Assembly: GCA_039621445.1 (NCBI GenBank)
Contig: CP154954.1
Span: forward strand, 49,889,847 to 49,953,846
DNA: 64,000 bases
Origin: Euglena gracilis
Taxonomy: Eukaryota
Direction of reading: 5' to 3'
The notes below the pieces were generated by a model. The model was given only the letters and a program-made list of their open reading frames with translations. It searched no databases and had not been told where the DNA came from. Positions 26,601-38,500 of the stretch are shown here, in pieces (the first letter of the stretch is position 1; each line of letters opens with the position of its first letter). The translations under genes and the position numbers were made by a program.

Positions 26601-28503
26601 CGCGGGTTGCTTAAGCGGTTGCCTCTTCTTCACCTGCCACACTGTGTCACCCCCCCTCCAGAGGGGGGGTCCGACAGCAACACCAAACAACCGGGGCTCC
26701 GGTGGCCAGGCGTTCTCCGGCTGTTTTCTGTTTTTCAAAATTTCAGGGCGTTCCAGGGGGGTGTTTCCCAAAACCCCCCCAAAACGACCATAAATTCTCA
26801 ATATCGTCACTTTGTCAAACTGCTTAAAATGGACCCTAAACGACCCAAATTTTCGTGCTGGTGTCATCCTCTCAAAATTTCGAGCACATAACAGTGAGTT
26901 TTGTAAACGGAAACCCGCGCATCCCAAGCGTACAAAAAATCGCAAAAAAATTGGGCAATTCGCGCCGCCTAAGCCAGAGGCCGCACCCGCCTGCCCAGTC
27001 ACCCTTGAGAACCCACCAACCCCCACTCCCCACGGGTGGAACGTCACGCAGGCGTTAATGAACCTATGGTCCGGACTCCTCCCCATTGCGAACGCTCATC
27101 TGGTGCCCTGGTGTCGGCAGCCCTCATTGCTTGGGCCCCCCTGGCCGGGGTGCAGCTTGCTGCACTTCCCGCCGAACTTGCACTGCCCCGTCATGGCCCA
27201 GACCTCACGCACATAGATTCACTTAGTGACCCCCCACGGGGGGACGTTTTCCTGGGCCCAAACCACCCACCCACTTTTTTCGAAAGCCCACCCTCCCACA
27301 CCCCCCCCCTGGGTCAAACACCTGCCCAATCACCCAAAATCCAGCAAAAATCGGCCGAAAACGCTGGAAAAAAATTTCCTTCGGCCTGACAAAAACCCCT
27401 GGGGGTGGCAAACCACCCCCCCCCCCCCGGGGGGGAGGGGTCGGTAAGTGAATCTATGCTCACACACCTGCCGGCCGGCCTGGGCCTGCACCGCCCCGGA
27501 CAGCTGCCGGTAGTCCGAGAGGTCCGGGTGGGGGAACCGGCACCGGGGGGACTGCCCCCGCCTCTGCCCACCAAGAGAAAGGCAAATGCAGGCATCCCTC
27601 ACCCTGCCGGCTGTTTTTAAGCAGCTGCACAGAGGATACGGGTCAGGTGTCACTGCAAGTCTTAACATAAAATGCATTGCCTTTCGGAGTTTCGTGTCTG
27701 ACAACAGGTTCTCTTTGACATTTCTCCCTGAAAAGAAGCACAAGAACCAAAATGCAAAGTCTGCGGGTTCTTATGGATTTTCCGGCTGCTGAAGGAATGC
27801 TGGGAGACCTGGCTGCAGCGTCGACGTGGGAAGAGAATGGGTCAGAGATTTGTTTAACGACTCTCCCCCCAAAGATTTTTTAGGACCCGGGGGGGTCTTG
27901 TTGGGTGGAGTGCGTTCATCGGGGGAAAATACTGAGCAGAAAAATCCAGAAAGAGTTTCAAAACATACCCAAATATAATGATGATGCTTGAAAGCCAGGG
28001 GGTTCAGGGGGGATGGTGGCCCCTTCAGGACCTTTAACATTCATCGATGGGAGTGCAGGGAAGGGGATGCAGGGCTGCAAAAAGGCTGCTGGCCGGCTGG
28101 AACCGCAACACTTTCCCTCCAGCTTGGCGACGTTTGGGCCTTGGGCCGTAATTACGTTGCAAAGCGCCGGAAACCATGGCGACAGGAGCAGGGGGTCGGA
28201 ACAAGTACAGCGAGGCGGGGGCCGGTTGCCGCCGCACGCAGCGGCCCTTCAGGTAGTCGAGGCACACCCGCGGCTTGTCCAGCTTGTCCTCCCGGGGTTG
28301 CTGTGGCGGCTTTGCCTCGAAGTATTCACTTGGCCCGTGTGCACACCTCGGGGGGAAACAACTGGACTGGGGGTGGCCGGCACACCACCGCCAAGTGAAG
28401 CCTGGGTCGTGCCCTTCGCCCCGACCAGCTGCGTAGGAATGCCCTCAGCCCTGACGCCTTCGAGGCCGGCCACGGAGGGGAGGGAGCAGGCCGGGATGCG
28501 CAT
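20609..28503 (-). CDS. Paralog 2 of tandem two-CCCH zinc-finger protein (multi-exon)
   Basis: Exons: 28503-28408 (MRIPAC...GAKGT), 28312-28228 (KPPQQPREDKLDKPRVCLDYLKGRCVRR), 27544-27462, 27206-~27135 (EVWAMTGQCKFGGKCSKLHPGQG), ~24080-23925 (PAPYVISQP), ~23115-22960 (CPNPPAG..HAGVD), ~21225-20975 (SINPWPCPAHV..AALEADLSSP), ~20745-20609 (QARHALRGCSLPS..EDPHPLLDMLRALNVAP, TAA). Confidence 0.8.
24350..26973. mobile_element. ~2.6-kb TIR element with GCGG-N4-CCGC palindrome arrays
   Basis: Exact inverted ends CTTAGGCGGCGCGAATTGCCCAA; TSD not resolved. Confidence 0.65.
27207..27461 (-). mobile_element. Nonconventional intron = 247-bp MITE (27212-27458) inside zinc finger 2 of paralog 2
   Basis: Perfect 14-bp TIR CATAGATTCACTTA; TSD ctcacgca/ctcacaca. 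Empty site in copies 1 and 3. The unspliced frame hits TGA at ~27330. Confidence 0.9.
28313..28407 (-). other. 95-nt stem-loop nonconventional intron, private to paralog 2
   Basis: Begins acc-CAG; internal inverted repeat TTCACTTGGC/GCCAAGTGAA. Removal fixes a frameshift and aligns GT|KPPQQPREDK with GTKQPPQSREDK of copy 4. Confidence 0.65.
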
Positions 28504-29585
28504 CCTTCTGTGCCAGGCTGCAGAGTGGGGGGGGGGGCGGGGTGAGCAGCCACCACAGAGGCACAGCGCGGGATGGTCAACGCCCGGGTGAGATGCCTGA
28601 AAGAAGAAATTACTTGAACCAAGGAAGAGGAAGGGGACAGACATTCAGCTGTACCTCAGAACGAATTCAAAGATTGTTTTGGAGTAGTCTGGGATCTTCC
28701 AAAGCATCCACCTGGGATGAATTTCCTCTGTTGCCAGGAACCCCCCGAGCGCCAGGCTGGGCCAAGCTTTGGGGGCCAAATTTGCATGTTGAGAATTTTG
28801 GCGCGCCATATGCGCAAAGAAAAAAAAATCAAAAGCCTAAAAGTCAGGTGCCTAGATGCCTCCATCACGGTCCTTAAGGATTTTTTTTTAAAAAAAACAA
28901 ACTCCGCTGTCCCAGCACATTCAGAAAAATACTACACGAAAATGGACAAATTTGTCATTTTTCGGCAAGAATTGGTCGAAACCAGGAGGAAAAATTGATT
29001 ACTCGCATCCTTGGACCACCGCCCATCCACCCAAAACGTCAAAAATGTGGTTTTCACGTTTTTGATTCTTGACCCTGTTCAAACCCCAGTGAAGTCCCGT
29101 TGGCCCAAAGGGGGGGGGGCGGTCCTTAGGGAAAGGAAAAAAAACTGCCCCGTCCCTTGAGGACCGTCCTGGCATCCATCCAATGGGCTTATCCAAACAT
29201 GAAGTGGACGATGTTTGCTTAAGCCGCTGAATTTGGAAATGTGCCTCAACAGCTGGAATTAGCAAAATGCATTTTTAGTATTTCCCCCCGACCCATATGT
29301 TAAATTTAAGCAGCTTCGAAACTTGGCCCCCGAAAAATGGCTTTCGGACCATTTCTCCCCCTCATGGGTCTTATAAGAAAATCTGTAATGGTGCATTTTT
29401 TGGAAACCTCTTCTTCCGGTAAACTACCCCCATTAGAATCCCCCCAGGTTTACACATGAGGTTTACATGAGAATGAATCCAACTTACTCCAACCCGCCCC
29501 CTCCCCTTGTCGTACGACCGAGTTCCTGCAACCTGCGACCTGTAACACCCCCATGACCTGCAACCTGTGACCAGGGGGTGGTCGT

Positions 29586-30014
29586 CAGGCTTTTGCTTAA
29601 GGACCCCGGGGGGGGGGGGGTACTGGCTAGCCAATCGGCTAGACACTGGAAAAAAATGGACCAGCTAGCCCCCGGGGGGGGGGGGGGTCCGCCCCCCCCC
29701 AACTGGAAAAAAAAATCCTCCGGCAGCTGCGTGCCGAGGTGGAAATGAGGTTTTTAATAGGGTTTTGGCTGATTTTGTTCCAAAAATTCCCAAAAATGGC
29801 CAAAAATGGCATTTTTGGCCATTTTTGGGGGTCCCAAAAAAAATTCCGGCGCATCGCGCCGGTCACTAGAAAAAAATTTTCCACTAGCCAGCCCTGCTAG
29901 CAGACCCCCCCCCCCGGGGGGTGGGTCTGCTAGAAATTCCACTAGCCAAATTTGGACTAGCTGCAGTCCAGCCCCCCCCCCAGGGGGTACTGCAATCTTT
30001 AAAGCAAAAGCCTG
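29586..30014. mobile_element. hAT-like MITE, CAGGCTTTTGCTT family, nested in a TA-TSD MITE
   Basis: TIR CAGGCTTTTGCTT/AAGCAAAAGCCTG; perfect TSD gtggtcgt. Confidence 0.88.
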
Positions 30015-32195
30015 GTGGTCGTAAATGAGGGGGCGGTCGTAGGTAAGGTGGTGTTAAAATTTTCGCGACCTGCAACGTGCGACCAGGGGGAGGGGGTCAT
30101 AACACCCCCATGACCTGCAACCTGTGACCGGGGGGTGGTCATAAATGAGGGGTGGTTGTATGACAGGGAGGGGGCGGGTAATGCTATTGAATTGTGTCGA
30201 ATTAGAGGGGGGCCAATTTCGGGGAGGGGGGGGGTCAAATTAGCCCAACAGCGGGGGGTTGACACACAAACCTCGGGGCTGACTGACCCACGTTTATTCG
30301 ACCAAAATCATTCGTTCGAGCTCGTTTGAGGAGGCTCAAGAGCCTCCAGCTCATTAGAGGAGGCTCCTCAAACCAACTCGAACATACTGTCGACTTTTGA
30401 AAGAAAAAACATACTTCACCTCATTTCAAATCCCTCTTGTTGCTGATGCCGTTTGTGCGCAACTGTCTGGAGCGCCCCAAAACAACAAAATCCCTTTTGT
30501 CAATTATGCCCAGTGTGCAATTCCCCTTTGTTGTGCAAATCTCCTCGAGCTCATTCGAACTCGTTCGAGTCAATGTCGTTGGAGGTGGTTCGAGCAAGCT
30601 GTTTAAACCCCCCTGAGAGGGGGGGTGCTCAAAAAATGTTTGAGGCTCTGGATTGAACGTTCGAGCTCAAGCCTCCTCTGATGGCAACCCCCAGGGTCCG
30701 GGAAGCTAGCAAAAAAGTGTTGAGGATTGAGGATTGACAATTTGTTGGGCTTTATCAGGGAGGTGCTTTGCTTGTGTTTGACTGGAAGAACAGTTAAACA
30801 AAGGCAAATGGAGGGCAGTGGTTAAGCCAAAACAGGGATGAGTGTTGCATCTTCGGTGCGGAGTGGCGTCGACCTGTCCAGCAAACGAGGGCCATCCTCA
30901 CGTCACGTTGACAGGGGACGCCCACTGGGAGGTTGCGAGGAGGCAAGGGTTGCGGTGGAGGTGGAGGCATCGACACCGTCACTGGCACACCCCTGCCGCC
31001 GCAGCAGCGAGGGTGTGCCGTGAAGCCGGCAGCAGGGCCGGGGGGTTCCGCCGCCGCTGGAGGGCTCAGCGCCTCTCGGCAACGCCAAGGGCGTGGGAGG
31101 GGGGTTGCCCGGAAGCATGGCAGCGATGGAAGCGTGTGGGCTGGGGGGACGGGAAACAAGCAGAGAGGGCAGGGAAATGCAAATGGTTTTTCTCACACGA
31201 ATTTTCCCACCCCCCAGGGGACCCGGGTGGTGGGTCCGGCAAACGCCGTCCGCACCCCCTGGCGGGTGTAACCTTTCAACAATCCCTGTTTACGACATCA
31301 CTGGACATCATCATCATCATCATCATCATCAGACGCCTTAATAATTCTTGAAGAAAAAAAAATGCGTTAAAGAATACCAATTTTTTTTCCTTAAAGAACC
31401 TTAAAAATCCTTTAAAAAAAACCCTTCAAAAATCTCGTCCTGTAAACTATTTCGAATTTTGAGCAAAAAAAAACAAGTCGCAATAGTTGTCAGGCCCCCA
31501 GTACCGGCCGACCTGTCAGGTGACAGTTTCCCACGGGTGGGGAGAGCGAGTGACCTTTGAAAAGGTGTCCTCTGATCGGGGCGGGGGGGGGGAGGGGTTG
31601 TTTGACATAAGCGGGTCGCTGGACATGGGGGGGTACGTACGGACATAGGGGGCATATGTGGATGCATACATACATGCATACTTCCTTTTTTTGCGTCCTC
31701 CACCTTTGAGGGGAATCAAAACTTTTACAAAACGGGAAACAGGAAACACTCAACCTCAACATCCCCTCCACCCCCTGGAGGATGGTCAACAACCAGTTTC
31801 TAAGATCTCATGCTAACAGCGCATGCTGCAGCTGTTGTAGGTTGAGGGGCATTGCAACCATGAGGAAAATGGGGATTAAAGGCGAGGCAGAGGCGGATTG
31901 GACCAGCCTCCGAGACACAACCGTGGCTCTGCTGCTAACACCTTGGCAAAAGTTGAAACTTGTAAAACAGATACCAGACGGAAAATCTTGGGCAGCTTGA
32001 CTCTGGGCAACCAGGGGATCCCTTGGGGGGGGGGCATCCAGCTGGCTGGAAACACTGGTACTGCTGGCTGGATAAACGGTACCCGGTTGGGTGGACCCCC
32101 CACGGGGTAGGGTCCCCTCTGGCTTAAGAATTTCCCAAGTTTTGCCAAAACCCATGGAACTGTCATCCACTAGCCACTGCCATCAAATTTACTTA

Positions 32196-32587
32196 CCCCC
32201 CCCTATGTCCTCTGACCGGGGGGGGGGTGGTCGTTGGACATAGGGTAGTGACCAAAAAGGTGTCCTCTGACCGGGGGGGGGGGGGGTCGTTGGACATGGG
32301 GTCAAAAGAAAGTTGGTGGGTACCCGGGTCCCTACCCACCCAAAAATGTCCAAATTTTCCCTTCTGTCCCTTCGCGCCGAAAATTTTGGGCAATTCCAAA
32401 AAGTGTCAAAATTGGCATTTTGGCCAAATTTTGGCCAATTTTTGGGCAAAATTTTTCGTCCCGGCGCTTCACGCCGGGACCAAAAATTTGGTCAAACCTC
32501 CGAAAAGGTGTCCTCTGACCGCGGGGGTGGTCATTGGACAGAGGGGAGTCGTTGGACATAGGGAGGTCGTTGGACATAGGGGGGGGG
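32196..32587. mobile_element. TA-TSD MITE family C (partials at ~31560-31636, ~37690-37755)
   Basis: TA|C(n)TATGTCC...GGACATAG(n)|TA with GGTCGTTGGACA repeats. Confidence 0.72.
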
Positions 32588-33540
32588 TACCTTCACGTTT
32601 GGAAACCGTCTGGATCCCTTGACTTGCAGGTTGTGGTGCAAATGGTATTCAATTCAGAAACAAAGCCAGACAGCTTTTTTAGAGATCGACCCCAAATGCT
32701 GGAAACCGAAACCCTACTGCCCAACCGCACCAGCAGCAGCGCCGGACAGGGAAGGGGCAGCGCTGGAACCACCGGCTTAGGCTACAGCGGAACCAGCGCA
32801 GGCTGCCACCCAATGGGCACAACAGCCATATACAAATGGAATGAATTGGGGCCAGGGACGTTTGGGATAAGGGCGACCACCAGATGAGACTTAACCCCCA
32901 CCCTGCCGGCTGACTTGAAAAAATAGCTGTTCAAATAACAGGTCCCTTCCCTTCACGGAAAACAGCGGATAAGTGGTGAGCACAAAAAAAAACACTATGC
33001 ATCGGAAATGCACAGTGTTTTGTTGTCGATGAATGCGTTCTTTTTTGAGATTTTCAGCAAAAATAATAATAACAGCATTCAAAGCCAAAATTGCTTGGTA
33101 TGGTTCGGATGGCTTGGTATTAATATGGTTATTATGGTTATTATAAGAAAGGTGGGGAAAAAGGATCCACCCCACATGTTGTTCGACGACCACTAATATT
33201 CATCTCTGACTGGAGGGGTGTTGGACATGAGGGACAACAGAAAACTGGCCACTCGTGGGGATATATGACCATTTTTGCAGGGGACGATGCACAACACCCC
33301 TCAAAATATGCAGTGCAGGTTCTCGGGCATGACAGTTTCCGGGGGGGGGGGGGGGAAGGGCCCCCCGGACTGGTGCACATTTTTGCTGAAGAGGACTTTT
33401 TCACCTCCTCCTTGGAAGAAAATGTGGTGCAAACTTGAAAATGACATGGTTGGTGGCCCAGAGCATACAATTTTTTACCGACCCCGGGGGGGGGGGGGGG
33501 GGGGGTCACTCCACTCTTTGAAAAACCAGTCAGTCACTAC

Positions 33541-33972
33541 CAGGCTTTTGCTTAAGGACCCGGGGGGGGGGGGGGTACTGGCTAGCCAATTGGCTAGACA
33601 CTGGAAAAAGTGGACTAGCTAGACCCCCCTCCCCCCCCGGGGGGGGGGGGGGTCCGGGGGTCCCCCAACTGGAAAAAAAATTTCCTCCAGCGCTGCGCCG
33701 AGTTGGAAATGAGGTTTTTAATAGGTTTTTGGCTGATTTTGTTCCAAAAATTCCCAAATTGGCCAAAAACGGGCATTTTTGGCCATTTTTGGGGGGTCCC
33801 AAAATTTTTTTCTTCCGCTCACGCCGGTCACTGGAAAAAAAATTCCACCAGCTAGCCCTGCTAGCAGACCCCCCCCGGGGGGTCTGATAGAAATCCCACT
33901 AGTCAAATTGGGACTAGCTGCAGTCCAGCCCCCCCCCCCCCCGGGTACTGCAATCCCTTAAGCAAAAGCCTG
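33541..33972. mobile_element. hAT-like MITE, CAGGCTTTTGCTT family (decayed relatives at ~18000-18260, ~48790-49065, ~58760-59185)
   Basis: 17-bp TIR CAGGCTTTTGCTTAAGG; TSD gtcactac/gtcaccac; nested in an AAAAACCAGTCAGTCAC-family repeat. Confidence 0.85.
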
Positions 33973-34367
33973 GTCACCACCCCCCAGGGGGGGGGGGTCG
34001 GCCACTCTGGAATCCAAAGGAAATTTGACCAAAAAACATGCAAAAAAGGCCAAAAAAATTTTCCGGTGCCTTTGGCGCCGCGTCACTTCAGTGATTTTTT
34101 GCCGACCCCCCGGGGGGGGGGGTCCGGGCCAAAAACCAGTCAGTCACTCCAAAAAAACCAGTCACCCCGGGGGGGGGGGGGTCGGCCAGTGCTTAAAAAA
34201 TTGTCATGATTGTATGTCATGATGCAACTGCTGTCACTGTAAAATGCAATTTCCAGTTGTGTATTGTGAAGCAATCTGCCAGTGCAGTTGCCTTACAAAA
34301 GAAATACAAAAATGCAGTTTATGTTGCAAAATTTTCAGAATGCAGAACCTGCAAAAAAAGTATGCAA

Positions 34368-34561
34368 ATGATAATGATAATGATAATGATAATGATAATG
34401 ACAATGATGACAACAATGACGACGATGACGACAATAACAACAACAACAATAATATAAATAATATAATATTATTATTAATTTTGACAATAATATATAATTA
34501 ATTATAATAATAATAATAATAATATATATATAATTATAACATAATAATATTATTATTAATT
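34368..34561. repeat. Compound microsatellite (ATGATA)n/(GAC,AAC)n/(AAT)n, followed by AG(T)GGCAGA-type repeats to ~34640
   Basis: Direct reading. Confidence 0.9.
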
Positions 34562-35543
34562 AAGGAATTCAGATAGTGGCAGGTAGTGGCAGATAATGGC
34601 AGACAGTGGAAGACAGTGGCAGACAGTGGCAGATAGTGGCATATGTCCTCACCCCCCCCACTCGGGCTCCTTCAGACCCCCAATTACTCAACTGGGGGGG
34701 GGAGGACCTCATCCCTAATTTTACCTGTGCAAAATTGGTCAAATTTTTGTGCATGCTTGGATTGGGTATGACTTTTTCTTATCTGAGAAATTTTGAAAAT
34801 GTTGAAACGGACGTTTTTGGAGGATTTCTGAGCCTTCGTCTCGGTCTTGTCAAAATTGGCCGGTCTTGTCTCGGGGCCAATTAGCCAATTGGGGGGGGGG
34901 GTCAAACAGGGGGTGTGAGGGCAGTGGCGGGCTAATGATGACATTGCAAAATGTGAAAAAACTTTCTCCGTCAGAAAATCGAAAAAAAATCGACAAACCA
35001 TGCAATTTGAAGATGAAACCGCCAAGAAACACATTGGCTACCTGTCGTCTAAAAAATAACAACTGGCTGCTGTTGCTTAAAGAGATTGCTGTTCTTTCAC
35101 TCCCACCTTCCAACACTACCCTGCCTGCAACCCTGAGGTTGGCCAACTGGAGGAGACCAGAAGAGAAGGAATACCAAGCTGTGAGGCCAGTTGAAATGGA
35201 CTGACGCCAGTGGGTTCTTGTGTTGTACAAATGTGATCGCAAAATTTTGCAAACACAAGGGCGAAATTACACCAGGGCCACCCACATACAAATAAACAAA
35301 CGTATTAGGAGTGCCACATCGATTGCGTTGAGGACCAACTTCCGCACACATGAGGCGATTGACAAACTGCTTAATTTCTGAGAAGACTTATGCGGCTTTT
35401 GAGCTGTTTTCGTAGGGACGAGACGCTTCCATGCTCCATGGCATCGAAACAGTACATTGCAGACCGGCAAACAGGGGCGAATCCATCACACCGGCCCAGC
35501 CAACAATGGCGTCGGTCCCTGGGGCACGGCATTCCTCCGGTTG

Positions 35544-38500
35544 TTAGCAGGCCGCCACGTTCAGGGCCCGCAGCATGTCCAGCAGGGGGTGGGGGTCCTC
35601 CAGTTCGACGGAGGGGACGGGGTCTGCGGTGGACGGCAGGGCGCAGCCCCGGAGGGCGTGGCGGGCTTGGCGGCAGCGGCCCCGATGACCATGGGGGGAT
35701 GCACAGTGTTGTGGGGGGGGGGGTCTGGGGTACGTTGGGGACGGCTGCTTCGCGGATTTCCACGGGAACCTCGCAAGAGCATCAGGTCGAGTTAGAATTA
35801 ATAGGAATGTTTGGGTGCGCCGGGAAAATGGTTTAGCATTTGCCTTGCGCCAATCAAACCCCCCTCCCCGCCGCCAGTGCAGACCTTTGTTTCAGGCCAA
35901 AGGGGGCGGCTGGGCTGGAGAGGTCGGCTTCCAGCGCCGCCAACGCCACCGGGGTCGGAGGGTCGCTTTCCGGCTGTGGCGGGCCGGAAGGCGGGGTACC
36001 CGGGGTGTCCCGCTGGCCAGCGGGGGTGGCGCCGGGTGGTTCCCAGAGGTCCGTCACGTTGGATGTTGTCCGCCGGCTGAAAGGAAAAGTGTGGGCCGGA
36101 CGTGGCCAGGCATTGACTGACGAAATTGCAGGCCCCCGCGGATGTCGGTGGAAAGACCCTGCCTATTATCAGTAACACAAATGCTCTGATTTTATGACCA
36201 AAAATGCCTTCAAACGCCAGAAAACGCCTTGAGAGAAATCTTAAAAAGGTCATTCTGAGAGAATTTTTCAAACAAAAATGGAAAGGCATGCCCGAAAGAT
36301 CTCCCATGAAGAAGGGAGGGTGGGGAGGTCGACCCCCTCAACGTTCTTTCTATGGGCTGTGTATGGGCTTTGCAATCGCTTGAGAAATATTCTTTTCAAT
36401 GAGGACTACCTCGTTTTTTTTCTCTTTTCTGTCTCTCACACGTGGGGATTATTTTTAAGACAGGGGGAGGTGGCCCATTGCTTGGAGGTCAATTTTGGGG
36501 TCAAAAAATTTCGGGCATTGCACCGGAAAAAAGGCCAAAAAACCAAAAATGGGCAAATCCCTGCCTCCGGCTGGGGACCCACCATGCTTTCAGGGGTGCC
36601 CCTGAAAGCATGGTGGCGGACCCACCCCCTCCCTCCCTCTTAACCGGGGTCCAAATAAAATAAAAATTCCTGGTCCTGAGTCAGTCACAGGGCTGTTCGG
36701 GAAATCTGATGGTGGTGGTGGGGGGGACCACACCCGGGGTCTCCTGGGGTGGTCGGCCATTCTAAAATCCAACCCATTTCCAGCGGATAATTTTTTTCCC
36801 ATTTGGGGGGGACACTCTACCCCCCCCCCGGAAACTGTCACCTGACAGGTCAGTACCGGGGACCCTGACAGTTTCCCGGGTGGGACCCTGACAGGTTCTC
36901 GGGCATCACAATTTCCCCGGGGGGGGGGGGGGTAGGAGGTCTAGCTAATGGCATTTTTCTAGCTCCCCGCCCCCCCCCTTGTCGTACGACCGGGTTCCTG
37001 TAACCTGTGACGGGGGGGGGGGGTCGTAACACCCCCATGACCTGCAACCTGTGACCGGGGGGGGGGTCGTAAATGAGGGGGCAGTCGTAGGTAAGGTGCT
37101 GTTAAATTTTTCGCACCTGCAACCTGTGACCGGGGGGGTGGTCATAACACCCCCATAACCTGCAACCTGTGACTGGGGGGTGGTCGTAAATGAGGGGTGG
37201 TCGTACGACAAGGGGTTTCCCCCCAGGCCAGCACAACCCACAAACCCTGAATCCCCCCACTGTTTCTCATTGGCTGATGAGTTGGCTCCAGAACATACAA
37301 CTTTTTTACCGACCCGGGGGGGGGGGGTCACTCCACTTTTTAAAAACCAGTCAGTCACTCATTTTCGGAAAACCAGCCAGTCACTACCCCCCCCCCCCCC
37401 GCTGCCAGGGGCTGACTGGTTTTTGGCCCGGACCCCAATTTGGTGGGCAAAAATGGCTTGAGTGACCCTGCCGCCGAAGGCGCCAGAAAAATTTTTGGCC
37501 TAAACTGGCCTAAAGTGACTGAAAAGTGGCCACATATTATATCAGAGGTGCTTGCCCACAACGACACCTTCTGCAGAGAACACAACAACCCACTGGGTAG
37601 TGGTTCATCACAGAAGTCAGAGAAGCTGCAAAGAACAAAATCAAAAGCAAGAACATTATCAAGTCTCACTTCCCCAAGATCGTATACGAAAAGATCGTCT
37701 CTGACCGGGGGGGGTCGTTGGACAAGCCCGGTCGTTGGACAAGGGGGGGGGAGGTAAGGAAAAAAAAATACCAGTGACCCGCAAAACCTTTTTTTGGCAA
37801 TATGGGAGGGGGGCTGCAGTTTCAGAACAAATTAACACCCAAAAAACACAGGGTAAAACCCAATGAAAAAGGGAAAATAGACTAGAACCGTGAAAATGTT
37901 GCCCAAATTTTTTTCACAGCCTTCGCCATTGCCCTATTTTAGTGATTTTTTGCCAACCCCCCCCCCCCCAGGGCCAAAACCCAATCAGTATTTTTGGTCC
38001 TATTTTGGGTTTTTGGCTGGGGGTGGGGGTGGGGTAACTCACTAACCCATTGCCAAACTTCCCAAAAAAATAGCCTGGGTTGGGTTTGGATGATCCGCAG
38101 ATTCATGTTCGACACGCCACAGGCGACACATGGGACGAGAACTGTGAGGGGCTCTCGTCAATTCCTGGCTGGCGCGGCGATGAGAACGTTGCCAGGTCGG
38201 CTGGGGTGGGCCCCCACAGGGGCGTCCCGGGGGCGTCAGGGGCAGGGGCAGGGGCGGGGCAGGGTGGCCGCTCTGGAGGGGCTGCTGGGTTCGGGCACAC
38301 TCCGCTGCTGGGTGGAGGGGGGGATCCCCCCAAAAATTCGTGGTTCACTTGTGGACACCAAAAGAAAAGTTGTGGTTCATTTGTGGACACCAGATTTTTG
38401 TTTGAAGTTTTTTGCGCAATTGCGCCAATTCTGAAAATATTTTTTGCACTCCATTTTGCGCTCCTAAAAACGAAAATCACCCTTTTGGGCGCCTTCAAAA